The position numbers were made by a program, and so were the translations under genes. Of a stretch of 56,811 nt of DNA, positions 17,701-26,712 are shown piece by piece. The stretch comes from a virus (taxonomy: Duplodnaviria > Heunggongvirae > Uroviricota > Caudoviricetes), in the IMG/VR virus record IMGVR_UViG_2698536317_000003; one strand, given 5' to 3'. The notes below the pieces were generated by a model that was not told where the DNA came from, ran no database searches, and saw only the letters and a list, made by a program, of their open reading frames with translations. How positions within the stretch are numbered: the first letter of the stretch is position 1; each line of letters starts with the position of its first letter.

Positions 17701-17888
17701 GCACCCAGGGCACTGGCAATCGAGGATAGCTTTGACAGTGACTTACTTGCCTGAGTGGCGGCACTATCCACGCGCTCCAAATCCTTTTCCATTTTGCCAG
17801 TTGCGCGATCTACCTCGCGCTGAACAGTCAGAAGCTGACCCGTTTTTGCATCAACCTCGTAATAAATTGTGCCTAAATTTGTTGACAT
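14733..17888 (-). CDS. H: Tail tape measure protein
   Basis: 1051-aa Ala/Gln-rich coiled-coil ORF upstream of M-L-K-I-J. Confidence 0.9.
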   Translation of the reverse strand: MSTNLGTIYYEVDAKTGQLLTVQREVDRATGKMEKDLERVDSAATQASKSLSKLSSIASALGAAMAAKKIIEYANAWQEVNNRLINSVRAGESLADVNQRVFQIAQNSRSDLDATADLYGKLERSTRDAGLSTQALGDMVETINKTFRISGASAAEAEGGIRQLGQSLAKGVLNGDEFNSVTENATRLSEGLAKSLGVSSAEMRKMAAEGKITREAIIKALKEMKAEVDAEFSKLTPTMQEAFTVAGNNAAKFFGSNSSIMGGIGAFNSAVVTLSENLNEIATAFIGLATVMGGRVVNKFVAATAEALTNAQATRAQTAAARQAAQSELALANAQVVSARQSAAAAAARLREAQAYAAANAGTKFEVQTLKELAVAKAQNTAASNALTAAEQRLAAAHTAAATNAGLLKTAFSATLGAIGGIPGALMLAVYGLTAYVDHVDQTAEANRNLADSVDVSTESLERMSKAAKLAGADKLQISMGQLEEDVASLNKQIDQDTQALELNKQALEKAEEGSRAYANLSKANQEITARLTREEAQREDILDRLNQMQRKYILLMQDTDPLMKTLATSLGLVADAYGRITTEAERAAAATQHASAALNADQQELMDLANRRLELAKLDSKTASREKAIDGFKREAEKANLTGEAYEKYMATMTKAYDTEQKRAEAERKASHGKKTGESEEKKRLKEAERLRKELEKRGQNVADKYNVEAAAQRKLKEDQEALNAALKSGKISAEQYNKAWKELIGTEEQRKRQASWDNLVNKELQVRGQVDPIQQAQNEWAVRKQMLTDLGATEQYMREQEKAHAQEMLSLEWERYKAQSMSNQLLGDTVDAMSGSATNALVGLVNGTQSWQQALANIGNTILSSVIGTLVQMGAEWVKQQLIGEAASAAATAKAMGEAVALSSAWSTPAYLASVATMGGAATAGSAAMATGLAGAKALGLAGARYNGGAVNGGNLYRVGEHGKPEIFQSRNGEQYMIPGDNGRIISNRDIGGAGGGNVSINAPISVYPQNGWSDEDAKKLQQDMEKICMGLIHRESSRPGGMLQPRRK

Positions 17889-18147
17889 GATTTAACCTCA
17901 TACAAAATATGATCTATGCCTCTATTTTATACAAAATGGATTTACCTCAGTGAACACATTTTGTATAAAGAAGCCAAAGGAAAGGGATAGAGCGAAGGGA
18001 CTTAAAAGGCCGGATTGACCGGAGGAAGCAAAAGAGGATAAGAAAATGAAAAACGTAAACTACCACCCCAACGAACATGAGCGCTATGCTGACTTTATCG
18101 AGCAAATGTTAAAAGCGCTGAAAAACAAAAACTAAGCGGGGTGAAAT

Positions 18148-18507
18148 ATGAAAAGTCTGGCAAAAATCTTAATCGTGGCGGTACTTGCAGGAGTTGCGCT
18201 TAATGCTAATGCTGAGCACTCTCCGTCCGCAAAATACATACTTCGTGAATGTGCGCATAATGCTCAGTTGTACGATATAAAGCATGGTGACGGTAATGGT
18301 GATCTGGAAATGCCATTTAACGTTGGCTGTATTCATTACGCAATGAAGCCAGTATTAGAAAAAACCGCTGAATGGAAAGATCTTAATAGCAAGTACAATG
18401 AATTAAAAGAGGCGGCAAAAAACAATAAAGCGTCACTAAATGCGTTTAAGGATGGCGAGTCTTATGGTGTAAACGTGGCCCACAGAGTTGATGCGTATTT
18501 CAACTAA
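18148..18507 (+). CDS. Secreted (signal-peptide) moron protein, 119 aa
   Basis: MKSLAKILIVAVLAGVALNANA signal peptide; opposite strand to tail operon; own terminator. Confidence 0.55.
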   Translation: MKSLAKILIVAVLAGVALNANAEHSPSAKYILRECAHNAQLYDIKHGDGNGDLEMPFNVGCIHYAMKPVLEKTAEWKDLNSKYNELKEAAKNNKASLNAFKDGESYGVNVAHRVDAYFN

Positions 18508-18522
18508 CACAGAATTTTAGAG

Positions 18523-18548
18523 GCCCGGCTAATCCCGGGCTTTTTCTT
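18523..18548 (+). terminator. Rho-independent terminator after secreted-protein moron
   Basis: GCCCGG-CTAATC-CCGGGC hairpin followed by TTTTTCTT. Confidence 0.6.
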
Positions 18549-19218
18549 GCTCGCTATTTTCCATTCTTTTTAGTATCTCCATAGCCTCCCTCATTCCATC
18601 GTCATAAGCCTTTTTATCCAGTAATACATCTGGTCGTTTTTGTTTGTTTCTTGCTTCTGGTGGCGTTTTAGCACGCACAGCGGCCCTATATCCGGTCATT
18701 GTCATATTCCACGCTTCTGATTCTGATAACCCCAGGTGAGCAACGGCAGAATAAACAAACTCCAGTATGTCGAACGTTGGTTTGTATTCACCTTCCTGTC
18801 TATCGCTTGCGACCTCTTCAGGGCCATCACCAATTAAGCCGTGGTACATGCAGTGTTGCGCCAGCGTAATAACATCATCAACCGGCATTATTCCCGGTTT
18901 TAATCTCAATTTACCCGAAGGAGTGAACCAGCATTCGCCTAACAACGGGCCTGTTTCGTCGTCTGAGCAACATTTCAGGATGTGTATAGACGTTTGCACT
19001 ATCTCACCATAACACCGCGCCATAATGCGATTGCGGAGGTCTGGATCTGTAGGTAATCGTGAAGGGTATTCGCTACCGTGGATGGTTGCGAAACATTCCA
19101 CAAGCTCCCTGTCATTGCCGATTTTAGCCATCGCAGCAAAGCAAGGATTAAACTTATAGCGCTTACCGTTCACCACAGCCGCAAATTGTCCTGTACGAAC
19201 ATGGATCATAGTATTCAC
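18529..19218 (-). CDS. Putative tail assembly chaperone
   Basis: 229-aa ORF between major tail and tape measure genes; call is positional only. Confidence 0.35.
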   Translation of the reverse strand: MNTMIHVRTGQFAAVVNGKRYKFNPCFAAMAKIGNDRELVECFATIHGSEYPSRLPTDPDLRNRIMARCYGEIVQTSIHILKCCSDDETGPLLGECWFTPSGKLRLKPGIMPVDDVITLAQHCMYHGLIGDGPEEVASDRQEGEYKPTFDILEFVYSAVAHLGLSESEAWNMTMTGYRAAVRAKTPPEARNKQKRPDVLLDKKAYDDGMREAMEILKRMENSEQEKARD

Positions 19219-19253
19219 CCTAAAAGGAAGGGGCTAAATAGCCCCTTTATTGT

Positions 19254-19730
19254 TTATGCGGCAACCGGATCGGTTACAGTTACCTGGCCCGCGCTTTCGC
19301 ACTCAATGGACCAGGTTGTCACATCATCGTGCGGCGCCTCTTCTTCGAAAGATGTGCAAAGGAATGGACCCTCAGTCACATCGGTGGGAGTGACGATTTT
19401 TAGCCACACGTATGGCTGATTTCCGGTAGCAGTGCCCGGTGACATTACATGACGCTTTAGTTCTTTCTGGTTGTGTAGAGCATCACTACGTGATACGCCG
19501 TCGCCGGAGAAAGAAACAGATTTGTAAGTGACCAGGGATTCTTTGGTATAGTCGGCGGATTTATCAGCGGTGGCGTCTGCGGTTTCCCATTCTACGGAAA
19601 GTGTTTTACCGCGCATCATGCCTAACGCCTTGTACGCTCCAGTTTCCGGTTTGGCATTAGGGCAAGCGATAGCAAAGAATACAGCAACGTCACGGCCTGT
19701 AAATGAGCCATTTTCGCAAGTCTGAGACAT
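19254..19730 (-). CDS. Major tail protein
   Basis: 158-aa ORF at canonical position upstream of chaperone/tape measure. Confidence 0.7.
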   Translation of the reverse strand: MSQTCENGSFTGRDVAVFFAIACPNAKPETGAYKALGMMRGKTLSVEWETADATADKSADYTKESLVTYKSVSFSGDGVSRSDALHNQKELKRHVMSPGTATGNQPYVWLKIVTPTDVTEGPFLCTSFEEEAPHDDVTTWSIECESAGQVTVTDPVAA

Positions 19731-19743
19731 GTTTTGTTACCTC

Positions 19744-20130
19744 TTATCTAGATATGATGGTTTGAAAAGCTACGGTAAAAATAAAGCGCCCTTCTTTTGT
19801 CTGCATTGCAGGAATAGCGCCTACTGGCTTCATGTGTGTAATTTTATCAGTTTTATACTCTGTTATCATACTTTGCCGTATTGCGTCGGCGAGGTCTTCC
19901 ACTTCACTAATATTTGCGTCATTACGCGCTGAAATAATCAGGATGCGAAAATAGTCACGGGTTATCGCCTCTTCTCCCGCCGCGCCGCCGTTTTGCTGTA
20001 TGACAATATATCTGCTGTTATTCGAATTGGATCGCTCATTCCAGAAACGGGCCTGCAAAATATAACCTTCGTCGTACCCGTGGGATTTAATCCAATCCCT
20101 TATTTCGTCGTATACTTCGCTGCGTTTCAT
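19744..20130 (-). CDS. Putative tail terminator / tail completion protein
   Basis: 128-aa ORF between head-tail joining genes and major tail gene. Confidence 0.4.
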   Translation of the reverse strand: MKRSEVYDEIRDWIKSHGYDEGYILQARFWNERSNSNNSRYIVIQQNGGAAGEEAITRDYFRILIISARNDANISEVEDLADAIRQSMITEYKTDKITHMKPVGAIPAMQTKEGRFIFTVAFQTIISR

Positions 20131-20567
20131 GTTTTGTAACCTTCTACAATCGTTTTATAAATATCGTCGGCGTTATCTGGTTCTTCGAATGCCTTGCGCA
20201 AAAATTCCGGTTCCGCGTTTGGATCCCAGTAATCACCCTTACCAGTACCGCCGCCAAATTCGACGCCTTCTCTTGTTTTGCCGAAATGTTCGCGCGGCTG
20301 GCCTTTTAATGTGCCTGGCATATTGTGTACCCATTCAGCGTAACGGGCCGTATATCCCAGCCGTAACTGCATACCCTCAGCCGTGCTACCTATGTACTGG
20401 AATTGACTGTTAATTAAAAAACCAGTATCGATCGGTGTCATGTTCGCAGCGAATCCACCAGCAACAAGCCCCACTCGCCATAATACATCGTGCGTTTTTC
20501 TGTCTGTAATTTCCTTTATTTCCTGCTTCAATCGCTCCCTGACGCGTTTAACACCCTTAATAGGCAT
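20127..20567 (-). CDS. HK97 gp10-like head-tail joining protein
   Basis: 146-aa ORF with gp10-family-like sequence, synteny. Confidence 0.55.
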   Translation of the reverse strand: MPIKGVKRVRERLKQEIKEITDRKTHDVLWRVGLVAGGFAANMTPIDTGFLINSQFQYIGSTAEGMQLRLGYTARYAEWVHNMPGTLKGQPREHFGKTREGVEFGGGTGKGDYWDPNAEPEFLRKAFEEPDNADDIYKTIVEGYKT

Positions 20568-20569
20568 GA

Positions 20570-20944
20570 TTAACCCCCTGTCACGATCTTATAATCCGGC
20601 GCGTCATTAAACATGCTCATGTCCCATTCAACGATCCCGGTTATAAAGTTGGCCCCAGCCGCCAGCGGGTCGGCAATAGCAGTAGTGTCACCAGTGGCAA
20701 GCATCCATCCTTTTTCCGGGCGCTGTACTGGCTGCATCTTGTGAAGCAGTTCGGTATATACGGTTATCGCGTTGCTAACCTCATTACCGTTTGCGTCTGT
20801 TGCGGTTCCGTCAGTGCGTTCCCATGCACAATCAATCAGGTATGGCGTTCCGTATACATCTGAGTTTGTCCAGTCGTCACGCGTTACGGGGTAAATGGTG
20901 GCTAATGCCTTGTAGCTGAATCTCGCGATCTTACTCATAGCCAT
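20570..20944 (-). CDS. Putative head-tail adaptor / head closure protein
   Basis: 124-aa ORF by synteny. Confidence 0.45.
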   Translation of the reverse strand: MAMSKIARFSYKALATIYPVTRDDWTNSDVYGTPYLIDCAWERTDGTATDANGNEVSNAITVYTELLHKMQPVQRPEKGWMLATGDTTAIADPLAAGANFITGIVEWDMSMFNDAPDYKIVTGG

Positions 20945-21116
20945 AGCTCCATTTAACGATTTTCGGATGGGTTTTCGCCACGCGCGGGCACAGAATTACC
21001 CATTCACCAGCATCATTAAGATAGGCCGCCACCTGTCGCCCGGTGTCAGTTTTCACCCACACGCGGGTAAACAGTTTCGGCAATAGCGGATCCGGTAATG
21101 TCAGGTCGTTCCACAT
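20931..21116 (-). CDS. Hypothetical small protein (61 aa)
   Basis: ORF in head-tail joining block. Confidence 0.3.
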   Translation of the reverse strand: MWNDLTLPDPLLPKLFTRVWVKTDTGRQVAAYLNDAGEWVILCPRVAKTHPKIVKWSYGYE

Positions 21117-21118
21117 TG

Positions 21119-21505
21119 TTACATCCTCCCGCTTTTACCTATCCAAAGCCCAGCGTGTGCGGTGTTTTCTGGATCTGGTGGAATCAGTTCGGCTGTACAG
21201 TGATGTTTATCAAGGGAGTAAAGCAACGAGCAGGCTGCCTTCCATTTTTTATTAAAATCGACATAGCGGTATGACTGGCCTGCACCGTTCGGACCAGTTT
21301 GCGAGGAAACGTACTTGTTAGCCTGGGTGAGTCCTAACAGGCCAATCAGGTAAAGTTGAATTAATGTTGCAGTGGAGGCCGGATAGTTGGCATCAAGGCA
21401 TTCGTTAACGCTGTTTGCCTGCTCCACCAGCAAAGATAAGATAACGTCTGGCAGGTCAATACCCTGGCTTTCAAGATATTCCCGCGCCTGTTCTGTAGTG
21501 ACCAT
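21119..21505 (-). CDS. gp6-like head-tail connector protein
   Basis: ORF directly downstream of major capsid gene; probable start MVTTEQAREYLESQGI. Confidence 0.55.
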   Translation of the reverse strand: MVTTEQAREYLESQGIDLPDVILSLLVEQANSVNECLDANYPASTATLIQLYLIGLLGLTQANKYVSSQTGPNGAGQSYRYVDFNKKWKAACSLLYSLDKHHCTAELIPPDPENTAHAGLWIGKSGRM

Positions 21506-21570
21506 TTTGTTTTCTCCACATACAAAAAAAATCCCCGGCATCGCGCCGGGGAGTTACAGGAAATAAGAAA

Positions 21571-22620
21571 TTATTTGTGACCGTAAACTACACCGGAACG
21601 GCCCAGCATGTCGCAGGTGATTTGTAAGCCTTCGGCAGACATGATTTTGAAGTTGTAGTTATCAGTAGGCATCATGCGCGGAACAGGAACTACACCAGTA
21701 GTCATACCGATCAGCGGGGTGATGACATCACGGCGGCGCTGATAAGCAATGATTTCGTTGCCTTTCAGTGCAAAGGTCTGACGGATATCACCAACAGGGG
21801 CGAACGGCATAACCGTGTTGAGTACGCTACCAACGACAGCACCGTTAACGATGTGCGGACGTGCCAGGTTAGCCATGATTTCAGGTGATACCCACATCAC
21901 ATCATATTTTGCAACGAAGTTATTGCGGGCCAGAACACCAAATTCACCAACGGTGAAGAAGTCGATCAGTGCGTCAAATTTTGCAGTGGTAAGGTCAGTG
22001 GTCAGAGTCAGTTGCTGGGTGTTTTTATGTTTTTTAATACCCATAGCTTTATGACCATCAACCACGATGTTTTCGTTACCTTCAAGGTAGAATTTAACGC
22101 GTGCTTTGTTGAATTTTTTCAGTTTCAGGCGCTGACTGTCCAGGGCAAGGTCGATGCCTACAGTATTTAAGCCCTGGGCTAAACGCCAGTTAACACCGTA
22201 ACCCGCTGCGAACATCGGGATCGGGTCGCCATCGCTGCCGTATTCGGTGTGATCATAGCCGTGCGGCGCCTGACCATCCATAGACATTACGACTTCATCG
22301 TTGATGTCGCCGGATACGCTGTACATTTTCAGTGTTTTACCGATAGGCAGTACGGTTTGTACACCCATCAGGTCATTTACGATTTCAATGCCGATTTCTT
22401 CGGTGTTCAGTTCGATGATCTGGTTATCGATTTCTTTCCAGAACTCTTTTGCAAAGCCACCAACGGCGTTACAGGCAATCATTTCAGCGGTCATGTTTGC
22501 TTTATTTGCTGCAATCATGGCGTCATGCTGATCGTTGAAGATGTTGCGTTGCGCCCACAGTTCTTTCCAATGGCCCTGCATACGGGCATTGGTGGCGAGG
22601 TTTTCTTTAGTAAAGTACAT
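21571..22620 (-). CDS. Major capsid protein
   Basis: 349-aa ORF downstream of decoration gene; size and position. Confidence 0.8.
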   Translation of the reverse strand: MYFTKENLATNARMQGHWKELWAQRNIFNDQHDAMIAANKANMTAEMIACNAVGGFAKEFWKEIDNQIIELNTEEIGIEIVNDLMGVQTVLPIGKTLKMYSVSGDINDEVVMSMDGQAPHGYDHTEYGSDGDPIPMFAAGYGVNWRLAQGLNTVGIDLALDSQRLKLKKFNKARVKFYLEGNENIVVDGHKAMGIKKHKNTQQLTLTTDLTTAKFDALIDFFTVGEFGVLARNNFVAKYDVMWVSPEIMANLARPHIVNGAVVGSVLNTVMPFAPVGDIRQTFALKGNEIIAYQRRRDVITPLIGMTTGVVPVPRMMPTDNYNFKIMSAEGLQITCDMLGRSGVVYGHK

Positions 22621-22637
22621 GTTTTTCCCCTTTTAAA

Positions 22638-23066
22638 TTAAGCTACGCGAACGCGAATGAAGTCTTCCGCTTCCAGGGTTACGTCTTCCTGGCAGTATGC
22701 GATGATTGGGTCCGCAGTACCCTCATCACTCGGCGCGGTAAACAGCTTGACGCCAGTAGCAGAAAGAGCGATAGCCGCGCCTTTGGTGTAAGTGGCAGCG
22801 GGAACACGAAGAGCAAACTCACGGCCCTGTTCTACATAATCAGCAACAGCCGTAGCATTAGCTGCAATTGCATCAGCAATGGTTTTACCTTCATGGAATG
22901 CCGGGTTAACGACAAACAGTTGAGTTGCGCCCACATCAGTTGGGGTGGCTTTAGCAAATTTACCGCTAGCCAGTTTAACCAGTTCACCCGGTTTTAATTC
23001 AGCACCAGCAAGGCGGGTTTCGGTGATGGACTTACCATCAATATTTACACGACGAAAACGAAACAT
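22638..23066 (-). CDS. Head decoration protein (gpD-like)
   Basis: 142-aa Ala-rich ORF immediately upstream of capsid gene. Confidence 0.6.
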   Translation of the reverse strand: MFRFRRVNIDGKSITETRLAGAELKPGELVKLASGKFAKATPTDVGATQLFVVNPAFHEGKTIADAIAANATAVADYVEQGREFALRVPAATYTKGAAIALSATGVKLFTAPSDEGTADPIIAYCQEDVTLEAEDFIRVRVA

Positions 23067-23082
23067 TGTGATCCCCTTTTAA

Positions 23083-24387
23083 TTAGAAATAAGTGTTAAA
23101 GTCTGGTACTTCGCCTTTTTTACCTTCGCTTGCTGCATTGGTTGCCATCGGCGCGGGTTTGCCCAGGGATTTAAACATCGCTTCTAACGCTTCACCGCTT
23201 AATGCGTTAGCAACAATTTCGCCGTGTACTTTTGCTACTGCGGCGCGTTTTTCTGCTACTTCTTTATTTGCGTTTGCTGCGATCTCTTCTTTGATCGCTT
23301 TCTGGTTGGTCTGCAATTCTTTTTGGTTGGTCTGTAATTCTTCAACGCTTGCCTGTACTGGTTTTAATGCCTCTGCTACTGCATTAGCGATATTAGCGGC
23401 TAAACCTTCGTTAATTTCTTTTACCAGTTCGGCGCGTTCTTCTTTGGTCAAAGGCATGGGATCGTCCTCCGATTTATTGGCCTTAATTTTTTCATTCAGG
23501 GAGAAAAGATTAGAAAGGTGTTCGGCGAACTGAGCGAACCATGATTTACTTTCCTCATTGGTTGCAAGCTCGCCATTATTGAGAATAATTTTATCAGCCT
23601 GTTTCTGGTAGTTGTATTTTTCCGCGTAATTTTTGTTGGTTGCAATTGTCACTTCTTTATCAGTGAAGTCCACAACATAGACATAATCGGCATCAGGAAG
23701 TAATTCACGCGCCGCTTCCGTCAGTTGTCTTTCAAGCGTGCGATAGCTGTTTTCTTTCATTGCCACAGCCATTAAAGGCTTCGCCTGGTCAGTGTTAACC
23801 ATCAGGCCAACGCCCTGCTCTGGCGATGCGGCTGGCGGTTCATGCAGTAAGATAGCGTCATGGTCGATCGACATGATTTTAACAACGCTATCAGCACCCT
23901 GGGCCTTCATCTCTTCAGTAGCTGGCATACGCTGACGATATACGGCTACGGATGACCAGATAGGATCTTTGCTTTCGCCTTTTTCCAGTGCTTCGAGTCG
24001 GCTTAGCAATTCGCGCCCCTGTTCTGAATGGCTGGCGGTTTCAACATCCACCCATTTTTCCACATAAACACGGTTGCCACGTAATTCAACATTTCTGTTC
24101 CATGCACCACAAAAGCCAATATTCAGACCTTCCGGGCTAAATGCGGAAACAAATTCACCGTCAACCGTAGGATGTCCCAGCGGTGCGAGCGTGCCTTCCA
24201 GAGATTGATAATTAGCAATGATTTCAGCTTCCGGGTAATATTCCCGATTCATAACGATATTGAAGGGCAATGTATATGACGGAACAACAATATGCTCACG
24301 CCCGTTATACGTTTCCCGGCGTATGGTGTTAGCGGTTAATTTGGTATTAACCTGAATCAATTCTTTATTCACGATTTTTACTCCCAA
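23083..24387 (-). CDS. Putative prohead protease / scaffolding protein
   Basis: 434-aa ORF between head-morphogenesis and decoration genes; C-terminal coiled coil with in-frame 7-aa duplication ELQTNQK. Confidence 0.45.
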   Translation of the reverse strand: MGVKIVNKELIQVNTKLTANTIRRETYNGREHIVVPSYTLPFNIVMNREYYPEAEIIANYQSLEGTLAPLGHPTVDGEFVSAFSPEGLNIGFCGAWNRNVELRGNRVYVEKWVDVETASHSEQGRELLSRLEALEKGESKDPIWSSVAVYRQRMPATEEMKAQGADSVVKIMSIDHDAILLHEPPAASPEQGVGLMVNTDQAKPLMAVAMKENSYRTLERQLTEAARELLPDADYVYVVDFTDKEVTIATNKNYAEKYNYQKQADKIILNNGELATNEESKSWFAQFAEHLSNLFSLNEKIKANKSEDDPMPLTKEERAELVKEINEGLAANIANAVAEALKPVQASVEELQTNQKELQTNQKAIKEEIAANANKEVAEKRAAVAKVHGEIVANALSGEALEAMFKSLGKPAPMATNAASEGKKGEVPDFNTYF

Positions 24388-25322
24388 TCTTCGCCATATT
24401 TAGCGTGCGCAACCTTATAGTTTTCTTGCGCCCGTTCTAATATTCGTTTGTTTAATATATTACCGTCTTCGTCAACTAATACGGTAATAGTGCTGCATTT
24501 GCAGTTAATTGAATTAGGGGATCTACTCCACCATTCGCGCTGCTCTTCTATGGTGTATGTTTTCCCGTGTCGCTGTGCGTGTGATAGCCTGGTAGTCGGT
24601 GACAATGCCGAAATGTGCATTTGCATAGTGCGCAAGTTAAGCTCATCCGATGCGGCTTCTGCCTCATCCATACGCGCTGTGCGTAACGCTGTGCATATTT
24701 CAGTACGGGCAATACGTTTGCACCTGTATAGCGGTAATTGCGTTTCCTGCTGCAATGTGCGCGCTATTTCTAGTGGGTTTAGGCCACGGGCCATGCCTTC
24801 GGTTAATCGGCGGGCCATATCCTTCTTGATCTGTGCGGTAAGCCCGCGCATCTCTTCAAATACACGGGTACGAACCAGGGCAAGGCGTGTGCGATATGTC
24901 TGACTGGTTAATACCGCAGACACTTCAGGGTAAGCCCTGGAATATGTGACTGACTGGTTAGCGAGGTTGGCATATTCCTGAGAAGTGCCGCGCTGATATG
25001 CCACCTTCACGTATTCCTGCCAGAACCAGAAGTTTTCCGGGTCTGTTAACTCGAATATTTCATCAATCATGTCGCTGGCGTCTTCCAGCAAATCATGTAA
25101 TTCGTCGATGTAGATCTGGAAGGTGTATTTTTTATTAACAGCCAGGGTATATTGTATTCTGTCCAGTATGGCGATATATGGATCGGCTACTTTCTTCAGG
25201 CAGGCTTTAAAACGCTTGATAGCACCAGACCTTAACTTCCCTGTCATGGTCGGGTCTTCGGTGTTAGATGGCATTATCGCGGCTGGAGGTATTCGCCTGA
25301 TTATCTTCTTCACCCTCATCAT
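24378..25322 (-). CDS. Head morphogenesis protein (SPP1 gp7 / Mu F-like)
   Basis: 314-aa ORF downstream of portal. Confidence 0.65.
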   Translation of the reverse strand: MMRVKKIIRRIPPAAIMPSNTEDPTMTGKLRSGAIKRFKACLKKVADPYIAILDRIQYTLAVNKKYTFQIYIDELHDLLEDASDMIDEIFELTDPENFWFWQEYVKVAYQRGTSQEYANLANQSVTYSRAYPEVSAVLTSQTYRTRLALVRTRVFEEMRGLTAQIKKDMARRLTEGMARGLNPLEIARTLQQETQLPLYRCKRIARTEICTALRTARMDEAEAASDELNLRTMQMHISALSPTTRLSHAQRHGKTYTIEEQREWWSRSPNSINCKCSTITVLVDEDGNILNKRILERAQENYKVAHAKYGEDWE

Positions 25323-26655
25323 CGTCCTCCTCTTCCGTTTCTACTTCACTGGCTGGGCCATCGTATCCGGCAGCCTCGCGGATCTCGTCACCGCTAAATA
25401 TTTCTTCACCAGTAGCCAGACAAGCCTGATTGATTTGTGCCATTTTGTCTGCGGCTTCCAGTAGCTCTGCTTTGGTCATGGCGTTAAGGTCGTCCCATAG
25501 CACTGATACATCTACTGGCATACTGATAAGGCGTAGATCTGCCATCTTGCGGAACAGATCTTCAATCTCGCCACCGATTTCCTCCCTGCGGGTCATGCAG
25601 CGGCTGTTGAAGTAACGCAGGTCTTCGGTTGATGCACGCTCTCCCTGTTGGTTCCCAACCAGGATGCGGGTTGGAATATCAACACCAGCGGCGGCGGTTT
25701 GCAGGTTTACATCATAGGTTGATGACGGGTCAGACACGGCAGTAACCAGCGGGCTTACTGTCGCACCCTGTAACGCCATCATTACGTCATTACCCTTATT
25801 CATTTCAGCCGTAGCCTCATTGAATCTTTCGCGTAACTCTGTAACGTCGCAATCGTATGTTGCAGCCAGGGAACGGAAGTCAATCTCTTTATCGAACGAA
25901 ATAGCAAGCTGACGCGCTGCGTTTTTCAGGAATGATTCACCACTACCGCCTTCCACTTTTTCCAGTGATACGAATGCGTTGTAGGAAGGTTCAAGGAAAG
26001 CGATGACATCATCAGAATAGTCGCCAAAGATGAATATGCGGTCAGGGTGGATCTTTCTGGCAATGGTCTTACTGTTAATGCGTTCTTTGTATTCCCACCA
26101 TGTCGGCAGGCCATAATTTTCACTGTCCGGGTCTTCTTCGAACTCCTTCGGTGTAAGAGCGCCAGCCCACACAGGGGTAAATTTGGCAATACCTACGCCT
26201 TTTGTCACTGGCTGATCCCACGGCTGGTTATCTCTGACATGAATCAACAGACCAGCATAACGACCAATGAGGCGGCGGCGATCACATTCAGCAACAGTGC
26301 GCCAAAATCTGTTGTTAAATTTCTTCTTGATTTCTCTTTCCCACGGTGTTTCCTTTTTCGCTTTCTCGTCTTCAGTTCCCTCAATCATCTTTGGCTTGGT
26401 GCGCCAGCAAGTCGTAACAATCTTTTCTACAGCACCGTGAGCGATGCCGCCGCGTCTGTACAGTTTGTATAGATCGTGGTACGTGATCTCTTCTTTGAAT
26501 CCGTATTCACTCCACGCAGCATCACGTTTGGCATCTATCCCCATAGTGAATGGGTTGGCTGCGGCATAGCGGGCGTAGGCCGCCTGGCGTTGTGACAAGG
26601 CAGCATTAACCGCCAATTCTAAATTGGATGGCATAATGTTTACTCCTGAATACAT
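25264..26655 (-). CDS. Portal protein
   Basis: 463-aa ORF after large terminase, acidic C-terminus; likely true start at internal ATG 26634 after AGGAG. Confidence 0.8.
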   Translation of the reverse strand: MYSGVNIMPSNLELAVNAALSQRQAAYARYAAANPFTMGIDAKRDAAWSEYGFKEEITYHDLYKLYRRGGIAHGAVEKIVTTCWRTKPKMIEGTEDEKAKKETPWEREIKKKFNNRFWRTVAECDRRRLIGRYAGLLIHVRDNQPWDQPVTKGVGIAKFTPVWAGALTPKEFEEDPDSENYGLPTWWEYKERINSKTIARKIHPDRIFIFGDYSDDVIAFLEPSYNAFVSLEKVEGGSGESFLKNAARQLAISFDKEIDFRSLAATYDCDVTELRERFNEATAEMNKGNDVMMALQGATVSPLVTAVSDPSSTYDVNLQTAAAGVDIPTRILVGNQQGERASTEDLRYFNSRCMTRREEIGGEIEDLFRKMADLRLISMPVDVSVLWDDLNAMTKAELLEAADKMAQINQACLATGEEIFSGDEIREAAGYDGPASEVETEEEDDDEGEEDNQANTSSRDNAI

Positions 26656-26680
26656 GTTTACGCGTTGCTACGCGAAAAAT
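26650..26680. promoter_or_regulatory. Conserved 31-bp element, copy 2 (upstream of portal start)
   Basis: tacatgtttacgcgttgctacgcgaaaaat matches 14024-14055 with one mismatch. Confidence 0.4.
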
Positions 26681-26712
26681 AGAAAAACTTGTGGGGGATT
26701 GTGGGATGGTTT

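Noticed and set aside
18529-19218. Programmed -1 frameshift (G/GT-type) in the putative tail assembly chaperone
   Set aside because: Only a single 229-aa ORF is present and I could not identify a convincing slippery heptamer by eye; left as a plain ORF.
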